Source of the DNA: Enoplolaimus lenunculus
Lineage: Eukaryota
Assembly: GCA_030248215.1 (NCBI GenBank)
Contig: JASANG010004046.1
Coordinates: 434,001 to 498,000 of the forward strand
Direction of reading: 5' to 3'
Length of the DNA stretch: 64,000 nucleotides
Below the pieces are notes generated by a model. It saw only the letters and a program-made list of their open reading frames with translations, made no database searches and was not told the origin of the DNA. The position numbers and the translations under genes are program-made. This document shows positions 1 through 14,500 of the stretch, one piece after another. Within the stretch, counting starts at the first letter, position 1. Every line of letters begins with the position of its first letter.

Positions 1-2292
1 CTTGTTCGGCCAGCTCGGCTCCCCCGGAATACCGTAGCTGGACCCTTATTATCGTCATTACTGTGTCATTATCGTATAACTTGTATTATTGCGTTAATAA
101 ACAACCAGTATTACTGGTCCCTGTGAACCTGAGTTGAAGGTTATAATTGGTGAATGTTGGACTCGAATAAAAACACTCACAGCCGGCTCCCCTGTCGAAA
201 ATAGGTTCACACAGGCGGAGTTATATCCATGTGTTTCTGTACCCACCCAAGTCAGAAACCGGTGACCAGCCGGTTCCTGGTCAGTGCACTACACTACTCA
301 CCACGCGCTGGTTTCAAAGTTACTGCTACACACATTTAAAAATATATATTTTTTAAAAAAGGTCACTACCCAAAACACAAAAATTATCGGCTATTGTTCC
401 TTAGTAGTTATTAGTATTCCAAGATCAGTTTTTTTGCATTCGATAAACCAATAATTTTGGCTCTAGTTAACCTGGTTACGGTTTCAGCCATAGTGGTATT
501 TTCGAGGGTGCCTCACGGTTCTGGGTGGGTGTGCCAGCTAATGTTTTTATATTTTTTGTTTGCTGTCGAAAAAATTTCCCTTTGAACCTCTTAAACGCCA
601 ACTGTTTGATATTTTATCGGTTATGATGAACAACTATACTTTTCTGAATAGAGTTTTTATGCACTGATATAAAGAGGGGGATAAAAGTTTGCAACTTTTT
701 GACGCTATAAATACCACCTGTTCAAAAATTGTTTTAAAGTTATAAAAACTGGAAAAAATGCAATTGTGTGCTTGGGGTAGGAAGTTTTGACTCTAAGGGG
801 TCGGTTGTTGCGCACTTTCTCACCACATTTACGTTTAGGCTTACAGTTAGGCTTAAACCCATAAAAAAGCCAAAATTATAGAAAATAACGAAAAAATTCA
901 GTAGGAATTGTGAGTTTATTGAAAATTTCAATTTAATACTTCATATACTTTTTGAACAAGTAGGTTCCAGCCTCGTCGTTTATTCCGTGTTAGAAAACGA
1001 TTTTCAGAGCGAGCTTGGAACCATCTTTGACAAGAAAGAGGTAAAGTTCGTTTTTAAATCACAGCTCTCGCGTACCTGTAATTTTCGATTCGTTTTAATT
1101 TTTAGCATCAATCATTAATTATAATCGCTTCAATGAACAATATTTACAATAAAATGATTAAAAAATTTCGCAAACACCCGAAGCGCATTGCATTATTAAC
1201 CATAGCATTCGCAACTTGAACCAGAATGCAAAATAATGCCTGTGGGTGGCAACAGGATAGCAATGCCGCCTCAGGTGGTATCTTGAAAAAAATTAGCCAA
1301 TCAGACCGCGACATTAAAGTTTCCTTGAGTAAAGTTAGCCTATCAGAAAGCAGTCTTGGAGCCTCTGATGGCATCTTGAGTGAAATTGACCAATCGGAAT
1401 GCAATACGCGTCGGACCAATAAAATACGAGCAACTGCGTTTATGAACAGCAAAAATAAAGCATCAAAAACACATTTGCGACAAATTTGCCGTTTTGCTTA
1501 TCGACGCTTTGTTTCGGTAAGTGTTTATTGATTTATTTTTTTGGGGTTTTGGAAAGCACTCGGACACAGGGCCGGATTTAGGCGTGGGTGGGAGGTGTTA
1601 GCTTCCCACGAGAAAGTTTTTTGAAAAAATGGTAGGGCGGTTTTTTGAGAACTTGCGGATAGGTCCAAAACCAAAACTTTTTATTACAATTTGATATTAA
1701 AATTGCGTTTGATTTTTTGCTCGATTCACTTACGAGTTCGTTTTGTGTACCCACCCGCACCCTGCCAATTCAGTACTTATGGATATATCTTTTATACGCA
1801 AATTTCCGTAACGAAATTGCCGAAACCCTGGCAAAAACTACCTGTGTCGGAGGTCGATTTTGTGCCGGAGCCAGAAGCCGTTACAGGGCTTCGGTTGCAC
1901 CCTATGGTTGCCTGTCTATTTGCAGTATGGCATTTTTAGTAGTTTTGCGAATTTCTGTTCATGAATTGCCTAATGCGAGTATACTACTTTTTTTAACGTT
2001 GAGAAAACTCATTTAGTTTATGTTTTATTTTATGTAATTCTAATGATTTGTCATTTAGAAAACGCTTAACTTGCGACTTGCGCAATATGTATCTTTGTTA
2101 GAAATTTTGTTTTTTAGAGATCAACGCACTTTTTTTAGTATAAGCTTGTTGGAAGTATTTACGATGATAAATGCTGCTAATCTGCAGGAACAAATCCAGA
2201 TAAAAATTAGATTGGATTTACAGGTTGGAGTCCACAGAACATACGTACTAGATAAAATAACACGACGAAAGTTAATAAATATAAGCACATTA

Positions 2293-2513
2293 GGGCCCAT
2301 ATTCTCAAATGCATATAGCACCTATAACCAGTTAGTAATATGTTTTCAAACTCGCTATCTATTGCAGCCATTGACTCAAAATTGGTACAGGAGTAGAGCA
2401 AATCAAGTGCGAGAAATGTGCTGAATTTTGAGCCCCAGCATTCACTGGTTCAAAAGTTACAGGACCTATCACCAACTGGTGATAGGTGCTGCACACATTG
2501 AAGAATACGCTCC
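2293..2513. mobile_element. ~220-bp MITE family (GGGCCCRTATTCTCAAATG ends)
   Basis: Imperfect TIRs; homologous copies at ~19005-19225, 50623-50755 and 51575-51799. Confidence 0.7.
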
Positions 2514-5500
2514 CAGAAATGAAATAGCTTAATGACAAGTAGCAACGAAGAACAATTTTTGACGCAGACACTTATTTGGATTTTATATTTGACGAAATTT
2601 TTGTATTTTTTCAAAGGCACCCAATCAAACACCGCTAGATTCATACGTAACATTAGCTTTTGCTGCAGTGGTACAATAGTACTCACTAAAACCGATCGGG
2701 CTTGGGTATTCGTATAGCACAACACTCCAAGCCAGGATAATGCTGAAGATGACACTTCTCCTGATCATGTCTAAAACTTATTAAAATAGGTCGAAGGCCG
2801 TTAAAATGCAATTAACTTTCTAAAGTTGTAATATAATTAAAGTTGGCATTTTCGACACACGTATTTTGAGCAAGTTTCAAGCAAACTTCATTTGCAATAG
2901 TTTCATATCGAAAGGAGGGATTGTTCTATAATTACAAAATTTGTATACCACTTTTTAATCATTAACTAACAGTTTTGCGCTTTGCGCAAGTCGGTGAACA
3001 GTGAATAGGTGCGATCAGTAACACAATGGCAGACATAGGAAATTGAATTGCTGCAGACTAGAATAGACAAACGACTACAATATTGGCTACTAAGATAGAA
3101 ATAGCAAATCAGAAATCACAGTTTAACAATACCGCGTCTTTTGCCTGGCAGCAATACTAATCGGTACTGATGCGGAGATAAAGCCACCCTTTAGCTTCTC
3201 TGTCGATATTCCACAGATTTATACAATCTTTACCATCGTAAAACTGCTATTTCAGTGTTTTTCTAATGATATTAAACCGGAAAAAACAATGAGGGTGTAG
3301 GAGTGTAACTCCTGGGGGTGAGGCTGACACCGCAAGCAGACACCATTTAAAGGAGAGCTTCGTGCCCTGGTTTGAAATTATTTAACTGCATCACGAGAAA
3401 TCTAAGTTAGATAAATATTTTCCATGCCTCTCGTGGAAATCTTCTAATTTTCTTGCTCCATTTACGAACAATTCTCGGTTGCGGCTATGTGACAGGCTCT
3501 GCGCTTTTTTTGCTCGACAAAATAAATTGTTTTACACCACCGAACTGTGCCTTCTTTCCGCCAACTGGGGACTGCACAGGTAGCCAATCAGACTGGCATC
3601 AAGCGAATTTTGTTTACCTCCGTAAGGCCAATATGCAAAAGAACTGTTGTTTTTGATTCATCGTTTAATACAGGCATACGTAGCTTTACTTGCATATAAA
3701 ACTTCAATTGCTTTCGGTGTAGCCAGTTTTTGCATTGAACCCCCCTCGATGTAAAAACCTGTGCCAGAGAAACTTCATTTGAGCGATGTGAGTGCAAGCT
3801 TTTATAACGGTCGGCACACACAGCTTTACAGTGCTTCCTTTCTCGACCCTCTACACCAAAGCGTTCTGTCACAAAAAATGGATGATATAAAGAAATTGTT
3901 GTGGCAATCGAACAAATTAAATATTGCAGTAAGAATTTTTGTTTGTTAAAATTTTGCATTCGCAAAAACATATATTTATGTTCTTGTACGCTTTCCACGC
4001 ATTTAGGTTTAGGTTTATGTTTTAATTGTTAGTAAGCCTGGTCCTAAATCTAAGCCTCAGCCTAAGAACGTACAAGATGTCTTTTATAATAAATACAAAA
4101 AAAGGTTGATTAGGGTCTGGTTCAATTCGATGAATTTTCTCCGTTTTGTCTGATTTCACCATAGCCGTACGCCAAGGGGTGAGGTGGTTCCGGGGGGAGT
4201 CGGAGAACGCATATCCCGCTCGAAACAAGTTCGGCTTAGAAACCTAACGAATTCTCAATTTTGTGTTTTGTTACTAGAAATTTATGTAGTGAATTTGAAA
4301 TTATGGCACGAATAATTTTCTAAAACTGTTGAAACCCAAAAACCCAACATGAAAATGAATCCATAATGGCCTACAAGCAGAGGCGAATCCAAAACTTATG
4401 TCAAGGGGGCGCACGGCCCCTACACCCATCACTGGATGCGCTTGTGCTAGAAGTGTGGCCTGCGTGTGACTTTTCGCTCGTTTATCGCTAAATTTCACTT
4501 ATGATGCTGTCTGTTTTTACGTATCTGTTAGGTAAATTGCGAAAAAACATTGTTTTATGTTGAAAGTTCCATATTGCAAACTTTTGTTCAAACTATAATT
4601 GAAGCTTAAATTCCTAATGAACCGTACCATATACCAGCCATATATATATTAGTAAAGTTTGGTAAGCTTGTATTTACCCCCATGATACTGTTTTCGTAAA
4701 AGTGGTGAGAGTAAAATTTGATTTAGAATGTTTTCCTACTAATGGTGGACTTGTAAATAAGGGAATCAGATATTGTATGCTTAGGCATGCAGTGCAAATT
4801 CAACTAAATCTATCATGTAGCAGAACGTAAAATTGTTCAAAATTTTAATACAGGCCGTGATTTTTGAAAATTTTCAATTGTTTACTGAAAAGCAATGCGA
4901 AATTTACCATTAATTTGAAACGCCGTGCCCATAATTTCATTATTACAGGTATTTTAGGTAAAAGTTTTTTGCAAGCAAACGAAGCAAATGCAGAAAATGT
5001 ATTGACTTCAAAGTCTTAGCTTTCGTCCTAAAACTTGTTCAAAGCGTTTTTCTTGCGTCTACTGTAGTCTCGGGGAAATAGATACTTCCTTGACCAGTCG
5101 TCGCAGTTATAGCACAGTTTTGCGTTTATCCGAGATCTCCTGCGATGAGTGCGCACTTGCAAACACTAGGGGAACCTTTCTGCTTTAATAAATTAAAAAA
5201 TGAATTTTGCTATTGTGAAACTAGCAATAAGCATCGTCAGTATGTTCTCATGAGTTGAAACTATTTCAAATTTATTTCTCAAAATAAAGAGCGTTTTTGT
5301 TATTTCAATTACACCTTTACCATGTGTGCGGAGTAGAATGTAAAATGCGAACGGGGGAACTTTTATTGCTGGGATGCAGGCGCCCAAAACAGCTATTTAA
5401 AATATGGGTTCGTAAAATAAAATTGGTAAATAGTTAACGACGGTTCAACAAAGCGGTGGTCTTAACACCGAACATTGAACGCAAGCCAGAAACGGTCTTC

Positions 5501-8500
5501 TGTCCTCCCAACACCAAGGCCGCCGCTGTTGAATGTGACAATCGAAAACCTTCGGAAACGTATTATCAGTCTCACATCGAGCAGAATGAGGTCATTTTTG
5601 TTCGCGACAGCCTTTGAAAAACGTTTTGGAAACTTTTTTAACAGTTTCAATTTCAAAATATTTGTTTCATTTTTGTAGTCGAAAAATATGTCGCAATTTC
5701 AAAGTGAAAAATAGTACGGTTTGTTGAGTGTTCGGCGATACCAGGGGCGGATCGAGAGGATGGGCGGCGTGAAGGAATGTATGTAATACCCCGGCTGCTC
5801 TACCGTGCGAAAAATTTTGCAATGCAAACGGTTCATATGAAACACAGAATGAGTTTCTAGTCAAATGGGTACGGCAGGATTACTACGCTAGTTCAAAACA
5901 TTTTCGCCGTCGGCGCAATCAGTGAATCGTAAAATGCAAAGGAATGCTGAAACGCGCTTTAAAACTGAAAAGTTTCAGGTTACAAAAAGTTTCCTCTTCT
6001 ACCAAAAAGTCCTGGTTCCGCGAATGCGATACGCAAACAAATATATTTGTGTCCAGGGTTGTATACAATAACTGTGGATAGGCGCGATATATGAACCTGA
6101 AATTTTCGGAAATGTATGATCTCTACAATAACTCTTTCTGGATCCTAGAACTCGAAAATGACGGGTATTGACACGCTGTCAATCTGCGCAGTAAACCGCT
6201 GCTCTTCCAACTTACCGTTTTAAGAAATTGTGCGAAAAAAAACATTTTTTCGCTAACCATAATCTTCTAAACAATTTTATCTGCAATAGTTTTTTTCCAA
6301 TAATGGAATAAAATTAATACGACCTTAACGCAATTTTTTAAACATTTTTTCATTAATATAATTTCGTAGGAATAAAGAAAAACTGTAACATTTACGTATT
6401 AACAAGTAAGCCAAATACGCTCTTTCAGCTTCCTGGTTGACAGACTGTGTAGGCTTAGAAAGCTGATGGCAAAAATACGAAAACCAGTGGCTGATCCAGG
6501 ATAGTCTTGTTATAAAGGAATATTATTTCGAACGCCGAAATGGAAAAATCAAAGTATACTTTATGGAAGACATTTTCTACATTGTGGCTAATATTTTCTC
6601 AGTAGTGTTAATCAAATTATTTGTTTTGTAGTATGCATATATAATCATACATAACATAAATATTTATTTATCTATTTGTTTTGATCTAATTCTGTTATTG
6701 CACTAAAAATTCACTTTTTTCATTATTTCAACATACCTAAAAGATTTTTTTCTCAACATTTCCGGTGAGCAAAGATACATTTCTTATTTCCTCCAGGTCA
6801 TTCAGCAGTAAACACACAAAATATCAGTGTATTTTTAAATTCAACTGTTTTTCGTCTTTCGGGTTAACCAAGTGCAGTGGCGCAACCAAGATGGTTTCTT
6901 TTCGTTTCAGGTCCGCCATCCGGCGTTTGTTCAAAAATAGTCGGATTTTAAAACAGTTTACTATTTAAGCTTCCTCATCACATGCACCGATCATTTCAAG
7001 CCTTGTTCACCGTACACGCCGGTGCCCAAGTGAAATTTTTCAGCATCGAGCCTGACAATAATACAATCTCATATTTCGCGTGTCATTTTTGGTTCAAAAA
7101 ACCTGGCAAAAAACTATCTGGAAAAATCATTTTTAAAATGCTAAAAATATACCTACTTTGAGCGTTTGCATTCCTGTGGCAAAAAGGCGATAAACTTTTG
7201 ATGGTCGAAAAAATTAATTTTGTGTCGTTTCAGATGAGCAGCGAACGCAACAGGCGATATGGGGATATACCCCGAATTTTTTTGAGAATTCAAAAATATA
7301 CACATTTTAGAATTATTTCATAGATTTTCGCTTAGGTAATACCTTCAAGAGACGAAATCATTGCTACGATTTTGTTGCTAATATTTAAATTTCAACTCGA
7401 TATGAATATTTGTCGTTTTCGTTACTTTATTTTCTTGTTTTTATTAGTTTCTAATAATTTGAGTTCAATTAAGAAAAATAAATAGAGAGTAACGATATAT
7501 TATCGCAGACGCGCAATTTATTTAACATTCTGTCTTCAAAATAGCTAAATAACTCAACTGCTGTGACTTTCCTGTTATAACTCACATATCGCGTTAGCCG
7601 AAAATCACCAATTTCAAAATTTTTTGTATATTTGAGCTTGTATAAACTCATCTGGTCATTTTACATCTAAATTTGAATTTATAAAAAATTTGCTTTTCAA
7701 GTACTGAGGCACCTTCCATTGGGACCCAAAAATTAAATTTTCGAGTCCCGTGGAACATCCTCAGATCCTTAAAAAGTGAAAATTGTCAATAATTCAAAGT
7801 TGGGCGCAAAATGGTCAAAGGAGGTCTTCACTAGCTTAAATATGCCAAACTTTTCGAAATGTAACCTTTTTCGACAGAAGACTTCAAATTTTAGGCAAAA
7901 ACGAAAAACATTTTCTTTTACTTGGGTAGACCTGCAGCTTGTATGGGGGCACCCCCTAGCCTTCTTATCTGCGCGCTCGGTTCATTCCTTTTTTATTGCA
8001 CCAATGTCATCTAAATGATTGATGTGGCTATTATGCAATGTGGAGGTTTAAGCACCAACCCTTGCCAGGTACAAAGAAACAGGTAAATAAATAAAATGAA
8101 TGTTTTGTTATATATTTTGCCTAAAAATATTGTCTGGCTCATCCACAAGGTTAAATTTGGGTTAACAACTAGAGAGACAAAAATATATTTTTTTTTGCGA
8201 TTTTTTTGTTAAACACTTCGTCTTAAAGATTATATCATAGAGTTGCCGAACGCAACACAAAAATTGCATATTACCGTTGTGTGAAGACAGAAACAAAATT
8301 GCATATTAGATACAAGACGGTAAATTGCCCTGGAAATATTAAAGCACAATGATATCCCACAAAGTTACATAATTAGATCATTGGTAAATCCACGTTCTGC
8401 ACACATTATGTCCATAGCACCTCTCACCAGTTTTCGATAGCGGTTGTAGCTTTTAAACTAGTCAATGCTAAGTTTTAAAATTCAGCATATTTTCAGTTTT

Positions 8501-10731
8501 GTATTTTCCTGCTTTTGTGCCACTTTTGTGATCTAAAAACTGCAGACGTGAGTCTGAAAACAGAGGCAGGCCAAGTTTCATTGTTTTTACGTATAGAATT
8601 TCAACTTTTTACCAACATTCAAAGTAAAGACCTTGGTTTAGGAAAAAGCCTGTCAGAGATTTAGGTTAAGATAATCCAACTTTTCCTCAAGCTAAGCCTT
8701 TGAAGAAAAAGTGTACAAGAGCCAATAAATTGTGGGATTCATCATGGCACAATTGAAATTTGCCTAATTAATAATTATAACTTATACCAATCATAATTTT
8801 TGAAAAAAACTAAATACAGTTTATTGCAAATTTGCTTGTTTCATTTCTGGTCAGGTGCGGCCCGTGCTTTATTTAGCAACTTCATTATAGCGCGAATCAT
8901 CAGCAATCTTTAAAACACTAGTTTGACTTCAACCGCGGGTAAAAGGCGGGTCGTGGGAAGATCTTTTGTGCGCGGGTATACACCGCGGGTAAAAAATTCA
9001 TATTTGCGTGTGCAAAGCGCGGGTCGGGTACAAAATCCTTACACACTTCCCACTCTGTGTATATGACATATTTTCAATCAATAAGTTCGACTTATTTAGT
9101 TTTCTGTGGAAGAACAATTGTGTCGACTTAAACCGCTGAATTAACGCCGCGTCTTGTTTAGATTGTAATAACTATGTTACTTTGTTTTTGCCTATCAGTT
9201 AATATCAATTTTTTGTACTAACGGTATTCATTCAAGTTCAATTGACATGAATTATATATTTTAATTTAAGAATAGCACTGGTGTTTCTTGTGCTGCTTAT
9301 TATATAGTTGATTTCGGTTAAATTTATGCAAGCTAAGTTGAATAACAAAATTTGCCTTCCCGGGTCGCAATACTGACCTTTAGTGCGGCCTGCGGTGTGT
9401 AACGCTACGATTAATGCTTCAATGAACGTCCGAAACTTCAGTCGTACTCTTGGCGCAGCGGGTACCGAGGTGCCGCTGGGCTGAGTTACAGAAGCAGAGC
9501 TATTCACTTGTAAAGCAATTAACCGGCACCGGAAAAGTTGCAGATTTCAAAAACAACTGAGGATGGAACGCAAATTAAAATCAATAAAAATACCTCTGCA
9601 GTCAGTCAGTGGCAAATCCATGGCGGCTATTCAGAACTATGCCCTCAACAAAAATTATATAAATTCGAGAATTTGTTAAGATTTATTGCTAAAAATGCGT
9701 TTGGCTTTTCATTCATTACGCTGACGGGCTTTCTGCGTAATATATATGTATCGCACCCTCCATCACGAATTTCTGGATCCGCCACTGATCCAAGAGCGCA
9801 GAGAAGGGAAGTTGATCCGCTAATTCATAAACTTTAAAACCAGTTGCATTTGGTTTCTCGATAGCGAAGTTTATGCCACTATTATAGATTTCGCATACTT
9901 AGGAGTGGTCAACTTGTTACTCTCGAATGTTGCGCTTTTGTCTTTATACTCTTTAGCTGCTACATATAGTGTTTAAAAAAGCTCTTCATTTTTTAACTTC
10001 ATTAATTTAAAAAGTTACGCATAGCGAATGATTGTGTTATTGTTTCATGCTTGTATTTGTTGAAACTTCTGTCCTAGAACTTAAGATAAGATTTTCAACA
10101 AAAACATTCTACCTTAATATTTAAAGTAGATAATTTTTTGAGAAATACCGCAAGTGTAGTCACCGCTTGCGGGCGGAGACAATAAGGTTGGGCAAAGTTG
10201 TGTCGCAGGTAAAGCAGTTTGTCACGGATATACCAGTTTCTTAACTTAATTACTGCTTTGGAAACGATAACTTCGTCAAGTAATTGATTCGCAAACACTT
10301 AAGTAAAGCTTGAAGTTGTACGTTAAGGTTTCAGAAACCCAAGCATTCTCATTGTTTTCAGTTAAATATGCGTTTACTTCAAGTGCATACAAGATCTACG
10401 CCGATATAAGCATAAACGTCCAATTCTTTATTACACTGACAGTGTTTTGATCATAACATAGTTCTATGAGCCTGGTTATTTCCAGTTAGTAATAGTCTTT
10501 CAAACAAGCGAACTGTGGAAGCTGCAAATGTCGAAATTTGTGCTGATCCTTTCAAATGCGAAAAATATGCTGAATTTGAAAGCTACTCATTCAATGGTTG
10601 TTATTAAGTCATAATGCGTTTCACTAATTGGGGATAGATGCAACGCACATTTGAGAACACGAGTTCAGATTTTACTTGTGTTTTTCGGTTTGACATTGGT
10701 CTGAGGTTCTCAGTAGCGGATAACGTATATT

Positions 10732-11039
10732 GGCTGGGTTTCTGAAATCTTACTTAAGTATTTACTGAAGTTATACTTAAGTGATTACTTAAGTTGACGG
10801 CTTAAGTAAATACTTTAATTTCGAATAAAATCAAATGCCAAATATCAGCCATTGTCATAACAAGAAAGTAATAGTTTTGCTTTATATTAACACGGCATCG
10901 TGAGTCTACAATTTCAATTAGACTAAGGTTAGTATGCCTGAATGGTAAATTTGTAATCTATTAAATTTAGTCAGCAACTTTGTTTAGCATGTACTTAAGT
11001 ACTAAAGTCGTACTTAAGTAGGGTTTCGGAAACCCAGCC
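10732..11039. mobile_element. MITE with GGCTGGGTTTC TIRs and internal ACTTAAGT palindromes
   Basis: ggctgggtttctgaaatcttacttaagta ... tacttaagtagggtttcggaaacccagcc, with ATT on both flanks. Confidence 0.7.
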
Positions 11040-11254
11040 ATTGCTTCAAATGACTTTATAAGACAAGTTGAAACTTTTTGGTGGGTGGGGGGCGAAATTT
11101 TTCTGAGAGGGGCTGAGCTCGAGGCATGACCCACCTCTGGCCACGGGCGTGGTTTCACCCATAAACCTCTATACGGTACAGGAATTAAAAAGCTGTCCAA
11201 TACACACAAGTTATTCAATAGTATAGATATAGTGTAGTTTTGTTATTTTTTCAG

Positions 11255-11533
11255 GCTATTGATATATTTACCGATTTCTACCGCAATTGCCCTGCTGACT
11301 ACATCGCAGACCCGACATACATTTCGTTTGATTCGACTTATTGTTCATCTTTGTGCTTTCCACCCTCTTGCAATTCTGTAGATGCAATGGTTCCTGGTTG
11401 GGGGGATCCAAACTATGCAAATGGTGTTGAAACCGTAAACCCAGAAGTTATCGTGAATAACTTTCACCCAATCGAGAAACGATCTGTTGATGTTAATGCC
11501 AGACCACGTTCATCAACAAAGCTACCATCTATA
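11255..11533 (+). CDS. Ack-like gene, most upstream identifiable exon (possible degenerate kinase C-lobe exon or first exon)
   Basis: tttttcag acceptor and ata|gtaagc donor; 279 nt open, phase 0/0, joins the SH3 exon in frame. Reads AIDIFTDFYRNCPADY...DVNARPRSSTKLPSI. Confidence 0.6.
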
Positions 11534-14500
11534 GTAAGCATACACTGGTTGCAAAGGTGCTGTCAGATTCGGTTTAGCGGTGAAATCCCGGTTTTGTGAT
11601 TTTTGTCCACGGGTTTTTAGGAACATTTTCAATTGTTAACAGAGGAACATCCCTTGAATTATTGGCCACAGTATAAAGAACAGGAGCGGAACAGTATTAT
11701 AAGCATATTTCTAAGCCTAAGCCTAAGCATAAGCCTAAGCCTAAGCCTAAGCCAAGCAAAAAAATAGTCTAAAACTTAAGCTTACTCTAGTTTTAGCCCC
11801 ACCGAAAAACGTTCCGTCCCTGATGTTTACATGGGCCGAATACATGACTTCTATTGATTTCGTCTAATTCAAGTGGTTCGGCCTTGCCGTAGCATCCGCA
11901 ATCATAAAATTTGATGCTGTTATTTGGCTTGTTTTCGCGATTTCAATTTGAAGTTTCTGTTTCGGGAAAAAATTTTCGGGATTTCAATTTGAAGTTTCTG
12001 TTTCGGTAAAAAAATTTCGGGATTTCAAATTGAAGTATCTGTTTCGATAAATAAATTAATTTGCTGTGTATGTTTTCATGTTACCTGTTGGTACAATGCC
12101 CTCGGCCATTGTTAGTTTTAAACGCCGTAACATTAGCCTGCGCATATATCTACGTCTAAAGGCCAAACGTTGCATTTTAGGCAATTCCAGAACGTGTTCA
12201 ATGTATTCGTGATGCAAAACACGAAGATCCGAACGAACTCGACTATAAATGCGGTGATGTTATTACAATTATAAACAGAATGTAAGTGGCGTTACTTGTT
12301 ATACTAGGCCGTGGTGCACAGAGTGTCAGCAAGACGCACCCGTAGCCGGACGAAGCCAGAGTAGTTCAGCTCCGCTTTGTGGAATTTTGGTTCGATAAAG
12401 TTTCAGCCTTGCTTGTAAGTCATCTATAGCCATTGTATGTCCCTGCTACGACATATTTAGGCCTCTAGCAAGGTGAGCTGCCTGTGCCGCGGCCAAGGAC
12501 CTAACTCGCCTCTCCCGAACTTGCGAGATAGGAACCATTCCCGGGAAGCAATCGTTGATCTAAACAGGAAAAAGCAGCCACCACCATACCGCCATTTGGG
12601 AGGCCCCACCCCTAAATGGGCCCCACTCTATGGCTTTAGACACTACACAGACCTTACAATATCCACCAGGTTTCTAGTTGCCAACGAATATTCTTGTTCT
12701 TCACGCCCGCTGTCTTGCAATTTTACTTAAGTTAATATAACCGTCATAAAACGAAATAGTCATGAACGGTAATAAAGAACTTTTTGAGTGAGGTGTACCG
12801 TGTTCTGTTTCTCCCGCTTGAAGCATATGAAAACTGTAAGGTTTTGGATAAAATATGAGTTGTTAATAACTATATACTTTTAAAGAAAATGTCGAAAAAC
12901 TTCCAGCTGCGGGTGAAGTTTGATGCATTTTAAAGATAGCTTCACTTTCTAAATCCATCGTGAGCTCAGACAGCCTCAGATCAAACTCGATGTATTTTGT
13001 ATGCTCCTCTACGCTGGGCGCCCCATCCTACAGTTAGGGGGCCCACCCCTTTCCTGTCTGATTGGGCACTATACCTGATCAAAGAGGCTATGTCTACTGG
13101 TATAAGAAAACTTGCGAGCGAAGCGATCGACAAGGCAAATACGGGTGAATAGCGCGAAACTTGAATTTTGCAAAATCGTAAATTTTTTTGAGATCGGAAG
13201 TCCAATCGACTTGCACGGCCCCGAAAGATAACCAGAACCCTGGCCTTACATAAAACTAAGTTTGTTTTGTGTGTCGGTACACAAACGCGCGGTCTCCTGA
13301 GATTCGTAAGGGGCGTTAACGGTAACCCTTATACGTGCATTATACCAATAGTGGATGATGCATACTTCAACAAGAGTATGAAAATGGATACATTCTGTGT
13401 ACCAAAATTGTACCGGGTATGCAAACACGAGCATGAGCTAGGACAACTTTAGAACAAACACTGTGGAATGTTGGATCCATCTCTACGTTGGGGGGTACCC
13501 TGGAGTTCGGGGGAGTCCCGCTGTCTGCTACGGCACTGCGCACAGAAACGTTACCTCCATTAAAAGAATTATAGTTCTTCGCCGTCTAAATAAATTTCCG
13601 ACTGTGAAAACATAAGAAATTTGAGTCGCCTTAAATTGTAGGGTTAGCGATCATCCCAGCGGCGAATATTGGCTTGGAGCCAAGTGTACTCCATGTACAA
13701 GTCAAGTTGTCGTTGGACTATTCCGACCGTGGGATACAATTAAGTATATTGGACCCGAACCGTGGACCCCACCGTCTAAACGAGTGACAATGAACGATCC
13801 AAACTTACGCCGACTCCCTATTCCAAGGATTGCGTTAGACAATGAAGCAAGACGAATGACATCGCCAATGTTGCGATCACGAGCTGAAAGTGCAGGCAGC
13901 GGATTCAGTAAGTCGAGTATGTACCCAAGGCCATGAGTTGTTCAACCCTTTTCTTGAAAAATATTGCCCCTCGTGGAGAAGTTAAAGCTGTCGTTTGTAA
14001 GTTATTTTTGATCGTTTCTACAGAACGTTGGGCTGCTTATGCGGCGTTCATAATATCAAATTCACCGTTGCCACGAAATGTGTCCTATAAGATTAACGCG
14101 TGACAAGTTTTTGAATTTGTCAAGCGTTAACCCTACTCTCACAGTTTTTTCAATACAGCCGCAGAGAGCTGCACGGCACCCGCGGAAAACTGATCATGAT
14201 CACCCATCGGCGACCAACATAGTTTTATCGGTGATAGATGTAAATGTGCAGTATTATCCGGTGTTACATTTTTTTACTGAATGGTTTGTTTTCAAAGTTA
14301 CTAATAAAGAGTTTTTGTAAAGTAAATCGAGTGACTAATTTTGCGCGGGTAAACCCGTGGGTAACGAAATAAAACTTTCGCGGTTAAAAATGTTTACCCA
14401 CTTACACCTCTGCAGCCGCACAGTTAGCTGAATATAAAATGCAATCTTTCTGAACAAAGAAAGCAATAGGGGTTTCTAGACTCAGTTAAACGTTTGAGAA

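Noticed and set aside
1..332. LTR-like fragment (AATAAA signals, ends in ACA); similar impressions at ~12297-12820 and 52310-54520
   Set aside because: No paired LTR, PBS/PPT, TSD or gag/pol remnants could be verified.
8370..8458. Minus-strand exon-like peptide FKSYNRYRKLVRGAMDIMCAERGF
   Set aside because: Could not be joined in phase with neighbouring candidates and no homology was recognised.
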